Origin: Octopus vulgaris | Lineage: Eukaryota | Length of the DNA stretch: 64,000 bases | Assembly: GCA_951406725.2 (NCBI GenBank) | Contig: OX597820.1 | Coordinates: forward strand, 25,792,001 to 25,856,000 | Reading direction: 5' to 3' | Shown: piece by piece, positions 56,813-64,000 of the stretch | How positions within the stretch are numbered: the first letter of the stretch is position 1 | Layout of the letters: the number at the start of each line of letters is the position of its first letter | The notes under the pieces: generated by a model | The model's input: the letters and a program-made list of their open reading frames with translations, nothing else | Database searches by the model: none | Told to the model about the DNA's origin: nothing | Translations under genes and position numbers: made by a program

Positions 56813-59800
56813 TACCAAGGCAGTGCCCTAGTATGACTGCAGTCCAATGACTGAAACATGCAAAAGATATATATACACACATAAATATATATGTATGTAT
56901 ATATAAATAAAACATCAAGCCTTTCACGGAAATCTACTTACCAATAATTTCAGATTGTTGTTGGTTTGAAGCATATACTGCAGCCTGTCTCAAGGTATTG
57001 TTACTCAAAACAGAGAAGCTTGTGACTGTATGCCACTGGGTTTTTTATTAATTGTGACAATGAAAATAAACAATCACCCAATTCTCATATTTAAGCTTTA
57101 CATCGTTTTAGAGTCAACATATGAAACTAATTTTAATCTGGAGTAGTAACAACAGTTCAAATTCTATAACTTGCATTGTACTGGATACATGGGACAAGAT
57201 ATTTTACTCTAGGTAAGCAACTGACAAAAGAGAATTTATATTTTTAACTTGATTCTGCTAACCATATTAGTTGCTGTAAATTTTACTATTAATAATGTTA
57301 TCTAACATTGACACAAGGGCCACTAATATTTGGGGAAAGGGGGTAAGTCAACTAAAATGAACCCTCAGTACTTAACATGTAGATGTTTTTATCAAACGTA
57401 GGAGGATACAAAGCAAAATGAACACAGGCAGGAATCATAATAAATATGTTAGAGACACAAACACACAAACAAATATTTTAAAATAGTTGGTCAGGTTTTC
57501 TGTTCTGTCAGCAATGATTAGTAATGAGGCTGATAACGAAAATCCAATTATTTCCATAATTAGAATTATCAAAAAGATACCTGTAATACTAACTAAATCA
57601 TATTTTCCATCTCATTCCCTACCATCACTAATATTTTTAATTAAATTTCCACACCTTAGGACTGCTGTAAATTAATTTAATTTATGACCTAAAATAAATT
57701 TCTTTCTGTGCTTTTTGCCTTATTTTTTTCATTTGGAGTCATTTTGATTTTTTTGTTTTTTTATTTTAAATCTTAAAAATTTTTTTCTTTGGCCCCTTTT
57801 TGCAGTTTTTGCTGTATAAACCATCCCCAGAAGAATGAATCAAATTGAGTACATATTTTTGATTTTCTTTATTCGATTTTAGTTCAATCAGAAAAATTTT
57901 TCCTCCTTACAGGCTGATGGTCTTCAGTTTGTATATTGTCACAAATATATATTAGCAACAGAGGCAATATCAATACTGGGAGGTAATATTTATCCCCATG
58001 TGGATGTTCTGTTAGAACAAGCTATACTGTGGTAGATACCATGAGAGACTCTCATATTGGCTTTTTAGTGCAAAATGCACTCTTTTATAGCAGTAGCAGG
58101 GAGATAAATGCCTGCTACCTCCATTGCGGAGACCACCAGATCACGGGATTTTGACTTTGGTTTTGTCACAAATGTTCAACTGTGACTGTTTGCTGCTATT
58201 GTTCTTTTAAGCTTTAGCATTTAAACCAACCATATCCAGCCCAAATATTCTACCTGTTTGATATTCAAGCTAGCTGGATCTGGCCTATCACACCAGCCTT
58301 TCAATGTCATTCTAATGATAAATAATCACAATATAAAAATTACAAAGCTACCAGATAAACGATGATAAATTCAAAATGATGTGAATAAATAAGCATTTGA
58401 CAGAGTAATCTGAATGCTAGAGGGTTAAAACATAGATCAGTCCTAATGAAGCAGACTTATGAATGATCAAGGGTATTTCTAGTCATGGCCATCTTGTCAT
58501 TTTATAAATAAGGGACTACATTGTCCAATGTACTTCTCTTCATTTTATGATGTGTTAAGTACGATTTGGAGCAAGTTGGTTGCTCTTTTAGCAGGTCAAA
58601 CAACCACATAGAAGCCAGTCATTGGTTTGACTGAGTCAACCATTCTGTCCTTAACTTTTTTTGTGCTTCTTCCAGAAGCAATTGTTAGATTTGCGGTTAA
58701 GAACAAGAGAGATGAATTAGATAGCATAAAATATTTTGTCCAGATCTCTGCAGTTTTATATTTCCAAATTCCTCAAGAAGAATGTTAGAATTTGAAATCC
58801 TGCTCCAAATTTCTCTTAGTTGAGATTTTAAGTATTGAAATGCTACCATAGTGTGTTGCTGCAGATAATTTTATCAAAATTTGCTACCATAGTGTGTTGT
58901 TGCAGATAATCTTCTTATCAAAATTTAATCTAATCTCAGCAGACCTTTGTTATACTTTAAAATACCTGATAGATATACCAAGGTAGATTCAATGTCAGAA
59001 AAATGGGTTAAGAAATGGGAAAGGGAGAAGCAATTCATAAGTGGTGCTTTAAACTGACTGAAATTTAATTTTATGGATTTTCATTTGATACACGCAAGCA
59101 TGGAAAATTAGACATTACAATGATGATGCTGATAATTCAAAAGCACAAAGGCAACACCCATGACATTTTCACAGAGCTTCTAGGACTAGTGAGTTATCAT
59201 CAAACTGGAGATGTAGTCCAAAGACTTGCAACAGAGAAGACTCTGCTAAAGGCACTCTAAACTTTTAGTGAAGTCCACTACGTCACAATCATGTCATGGG
59301 AATCTAAAGATAATGTTAAACTGGGTGAGGGGTTGAGTCTACCACCCATGCTTTTGTAATTTACAAGCATGGGTTGGGTGGTTAAGAATTTTGCCTCCCA
59401 ACCACATGGTTTCAAGTTCAGCCCTACTGCATCACACCTTAGGCAAGTATCTACTACTCTTGTCCTGGGCTGACCAAAGTCTTGTGAATTTGCTAGATGG
59501 TTGTATGCATGTATGTATGTGTTCATTCTTTCTTGTTCAGGTATCACAATAGTTGTAAATGAGTATCACTTGGTACAAGCAGTGTCATTAACGCAATGTT
59601 GAGCACTCACTCTCTCTGTTCTATATTGGTGTATGTGTGTATTTGTATCATCCTTTAACATCCGTTTTCCATGCTGGTGGGAGTTGGACAGTTTCACCAG
59701 AGCTGCACCAAGTTTCCGGTTTGATTTGGTTTGGTTTCTATGGCTGGATGCCTTTCCACTCCAGGAGCGTGTGTTGGGTGCTTTTAAAGTACCACCAGCA

Positions 59801-62066
59801 CAAGTACTCTAACATAGGACTGGCATGAATGCATTTAACGTGACACCAGCACAGGAATCTTCCATGAAAACATTTGTCAGATGCTTGGAAACAGGTGTGA
59901 GTTGGTCGCAGGAAAGTCATCGACCAAGAGAAAAATCTCCCTCAGTAAATTCTGATGAGTGCAACTGTGGTAAAATGGTGATGATGAATGAATATATTGT
60001 GTTCTTGGATTAGACACAGAGCTCAATTTAGTATATAGACCATTGGCTTGAAGCAACTAGCAATTTCTCTTTACATCAAATGAAATTCTACATAGAAAAA
60101 GTAGCACACAACTAAGAATAGTGGATAGGCACGGGCATGTGTGTGTGGCTTAGAAACATGCCTTCCAACTGTGTGGTCTCAGGGTCAGTCTCACTGCACT
60201 GCACCTTGGTCAAGTGTCTTCCACAATAGCACTGTGATTGGATTTGGGAGATAAAAACTGAAAGAAGCCTGTGGTGTGTATATCATCATTTAATTTCCAT
60301 TTTCCATGCTGGCATGAGTTGGACAGTTTCACAGGAGCTGGCTAGCTGGAGAGTTACCTGGGCTCCATGTCTGTTTTGGCATGGTTTCTATGGCTGGATG
60401 CCCTTCCAAATGCCAACCACTTTATAGAGTGTACTGGGTGCTTTTACGTGGCAATGGCACAGGTGCTTATGGCACAAGGCCTGAAATTTTGGGGGAGGGT
60501 GCCAGTCAATTAGATCGACCCCAGTACGCAACTGGTACCTATTTTTTTTCGACCCTGAAAGAATAAAAGGCAAAGATGACCTCAGTGGAATTTGAACTCA
60601 GAACATAGAGACAAAATACCGCTAAGGTGCTTATATTTAAAGAGATTTCTTCCAGCCTTTACAACAAATCTCTAAAATTATATCATAATTCTTCACCACT
60701 ACTACCTCATTTAATATATATATATATATATATATCGTTTTTGGATTGCAAGATTCTTTTACGTAACTTTGTGTGTTGAAGCACATTCTGTTGTGTCTAG
60801 GGAGAGTCATTTTCTTTTTGTGCCTTATAATTTAACACACTCACCAGTAAAATTTCCACTTATTTCCCTAAAATGTTTAAGACGCATATATATATATATA
60901 TATATACCAATATGCTGTTGAGCACTCATTCTCAATATTCAATATTGGTGTAAAAAAAAACTGTGGAAAAAATATTATGTATATATCATCATTGTCCGCT
61001 TTCCATGCTAGCATGGGTTGGACGATGATGATATATACATTTTTTCCACGGTTTGTTTTTACACCAATAGTGAGAATGAATGCTCAACACCACATTGGTG
61101 GATAAAAATTCTTTATTGGTCAATTGCTGATAATTGTTGGCATGAACCCAACGGTTGCCTTGTTAACCCACAAATAAAGAATATTTATCTGCTAATGCGA
61201 TGTTGAGCAGTCACTCTCACTGTTCTATATTGGTGTATGTGTGTATTTGTATCATCCTTTAACATCTGTTTTCCATGCTCGTGCCAGTAGCACGTAAAAG
61301 CACCATCTGTTCATGTCCGTTGCCAGCCTTACCTGGCCCCCGTGCCGGTGGCACGTAAAAACACCATCCGTTCGTGGCCATTTGCCAGCTCTGTCTGGCA
61401 CCTGTGCAGGTGGCACGTAAAAAGCACCCACTACACTCTTGGAGTGGTTGGCGTTAGGAAGGGCATCCAGCCGTAGAAACACTGCCAAATCTGACTGGGC
61501 CTGATGAAGCCTTCCGGCTTCACAGACCCCAGTTAAACCGTCCAACCCATGCTAGCATGGAAAACGGACGCTAAATGATGATGATGATGATGATGTGTGA
61601 ATTGGACCGTTTCACCAGAGCTGCACCAAGTTTCTGGTTTGATTTGGCTTGGTTTCTATGGCTGGATGCCCTTCCACTCCAGGAGTGTGTGCTTTTAAAG
61701 TACCAGCAGCACAAGTACTCTAACATAGGACTGGCATGAATGCATTTTACGTGGCACCAGCACAGGAATCTTGTAAACCAATTCTCTTCACTAAGGAATG
61801 TGACTTTCCTGAGGATGTGAAGAATGGTTGTGGGAAAACATCACCTTGCTTGGAAACGAGTGAAGGTTGCAATCAAGCTGTACAAAAACCTTTTCAACAA
61901 TTTGTTTGACCCATACAAGCATGGAAAAGTGAACATTAAATATTGATAATAAAGCAATAGTTGTGATACCACAGGTACCATGCTGTTACAGGTCCAAGCT
62001 GTTTTAACATCAATAATGAAATACTAACAATATTTTTTAAAAAAGAACAAAAACAAAAAGCAACTA

Positions 62067-62072
62067 TTTATT
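62067..62072 (-). terminator. Candidate ABCD3 polyadenylation signal AATAAA
   Basis: AATAAA on - strand about 640 nt after the stop, followed by a U/GU-rich tract (ttgctttttgtttttgttc); another AATAAA at 62133-62138. Confidence 0.45.
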
Positions 62073-62567
62073 GAACAGCTTTTAAAAATCAACACCTAAT
62101 TTACATTATTATTATCATCATCATTATTAACATTTATTAATTAATATTATTATCGTAATTGATGCTCATTCCTAGCTGGTAAATTTATCTATTTCAAATT
62201 GCCATACTTTTATCTCATTTTCATAAAATCCTGCCTCTGACATTAGTTTAGTGTGTGTGTGTGTATATATATATACATACACACACATGCACGCACAGAT
62301 GTTTATACACATAATACAATAAAAACACATGTACATGCTATTTACACATGTATGTATGTATGTACATTTGCCCTATATTTTTTCCATGCTAATAGCATCA
62401 AAAATCAGACACAACATATCCAAACATACATACATATGTGTGTATACACGTGTATATTATATATACACACATATACATGCACAGAAATATACATGAGTAT
62501 GTACACCTGTATATGTGTATGTATACACAAACACACACATATATATTTACATATACATAATACATAA

Positions 62568-62604
<37 letters not shown>

Positions 62605-62711
62605 TTTGTCAGACAGTTGATTTTCAAATAACACAGGTGCCAGCAGACACTGTCTTATCAAGATGTTATCAGTATTCATCAACCAATACAATTTACAGCA
62701 ATCTTGTTAAG

Positions 62712-62789
62712 TCATGAACCAAATTCTTTTGTTTCAGGTGTGATTGGCTGGAATTCATAGTTGCCTTGTCCATCCATCTTCAAGTAATA
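62712..62789 (-). CDS. ABCD3: Last coding exon of peroxisomal ABC transporter ABCD3/PMP70 (YYLKMDGQGNYEFQPITPETKEFGS*)
   Basis: Minus-strand acceptor ttttttaccttccag, 78 nt ending in TGA. The peptide matches the ABCD3 C-terminus as I recall it (YYLHMDGRGNYEFKQITEDTVEFGS). The rest of the gene lies beyond the window. Confidence 0.92.
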   Translation of the reverse strand, partial: YYLKMDGQGNYEFQPITPETKEFGS

Positions 62790-63918
62790 CTGGAAGGTAA
62801 AAAAAAAAAGAAAATATAATTACTAATAATAACAGTGGTTTCAAATTGTGATACAGCACCAGCAGTTTTAGGGGAGGGAACAAGTCGGTTACCCTACTCC
62901 AGTGTGTGACTGGTGCTTATTTTATCCATCCCCAAAAAGGTGAAAGGCTAAGTCAACATTTGCAATAGTTGAACTCAGCATGCCAGACAAAATTGCTAAG
63001 CAGCATTTTTCCTAGCTTTATGATCTAACAATTCTGCCAGCTTGCCACCTTGTATATAATATTTATCATCATCCTCGTCCATTTTCCATGCTAGCATGGG
63101 TTGGACAGTTGGACCAGGGTCTGGGAAGCCAGGAGGCTACACCAGGCTCCAGTCTGATCTGGCCTTCCTAACGCCAACCACTCCATGAGTGAAGTGAGTG
63201 CCTTTTACGTGCCACCGGCACAGGGGCCATGGGAGGCCAGCAATGTCCATGATCGGTTGGTGCTTTTTATGTGCCACCGGCACAGAAGCCAGTGAAGCCT
63301 TCGGCCACATTCAGATGGTGCTTTTTACATACAGCACAGGTATCACAACTACAATTTCCATTTGATTTTTATTTTGATATTAACGTTACTGGTTTCAAAT
63401 TTTAACACAAGGCCAGTACTTTGGTGGGAGGAGGGTGTAAGTCAATTACATCAACCCTGGCACTCAACTGGTACTTATTTTTATCAACCTCAAAAGGATG
63501 AAAGGCGAAGTTGACATCAGCAGAATTTGAACTCAGAACATGAAGGTAGGTAAAATGCTGCCAAGCATTTTGTCCAGCATGCTAACAATTCTGCCAATGT
63601 GTTACCTTCACCTTATAAATAATATCAACAGATATTACATAATAATGATGATAATAATACTTTTAGATCTAAGGTACAAAGTCTGAAATTTCAGGCGAGT
63701 GGGGTAGTTGATTTACATCAACCCCAGTGCTAACTGGTACTTGTTTCATTGACCTCGAAAAGACAAAGTTGACCTCGGCAGAATTTGAACTTGGAAAATA
63801 AAGACAGAAGAAATGCCGCTAAGCATTTTGAATAATAATAATGTTTTCTAACTGAGGCACACGGCCAAGGCAAGGGACTAGACGATACCATCAACCCCCA
63901 TACTTGACTGGTACTATA

Positions 63919-64000
63919 CAAGGTCTGATCAATAAGTATCCGGACTGTTGCCATAGTAACAAAGCTAAAGCACGCAAAGTGAAGCCGCTAGGCACAGATT
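63919..64000 (+). mobile_element. Start of a mariner-type element truncated by the window end
   Basis: TA then caaggtctgatcaataagtatccggact, a mariner-like TIR that interrupts a SINE. Confidence 0.5.

Noticed and set aside
56348-56927. Overlapping Y/I/H/T-rich ORFs (also 62253-62691)
   Set aside because: TA/CA microsatellite translations.
58841-58925. 41-bp direct tandem duplication (also 45165-45222 and the duplicated SINE head at 34928-35175)
   Set aside because: Ordinary slippage-type duplications with no sign of function.

Overview
AT-rich, repeat-dense eukaryotic genomic DNA. The SINE/LINE content suggests a coleoid cephalopod, probably Octopus (inference). The + strand carries the 3' half of a multi-exon phosphorylase kinase regulatory subunit alpha gene (PHKA1/2 orthologue). 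Eleven confident coding exons run from 10399 to the stop at 54830 and end in the CaaX motif CAIS. The 28-kb stretch encoding the multiphosphorylation loop holds candidate alternative exons: an 18-nt microexon and two phase-1/0 exons that cannot be joined directly in frame. The last coding exon of a convergent ABCD3/PMP70 gene lies on the - strand at 62712-62789. Introns contain at least three tRNA-derived SINE families, RTE, Tx1-like and R4/Dong-like LINE fragments, a decayed mariner, TTAA-flanked piggyBac-type MITEs, a hAT MITE and microsatellites. The most unusual structures are four sequence-unrelated foldback insertions. Each has inverted arms, a one-sided tail and a hammerhead-ribozyme-like core, consistent with Penelope-like element pLTR derivatives; one has a canonical CUGACGA/GAAA/UA core. 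Almost all ORFs in the supplied track are spurious or TE-derived. Coordinates were counted by hand: exon ends are phase-checked, repeat ends are approximate.
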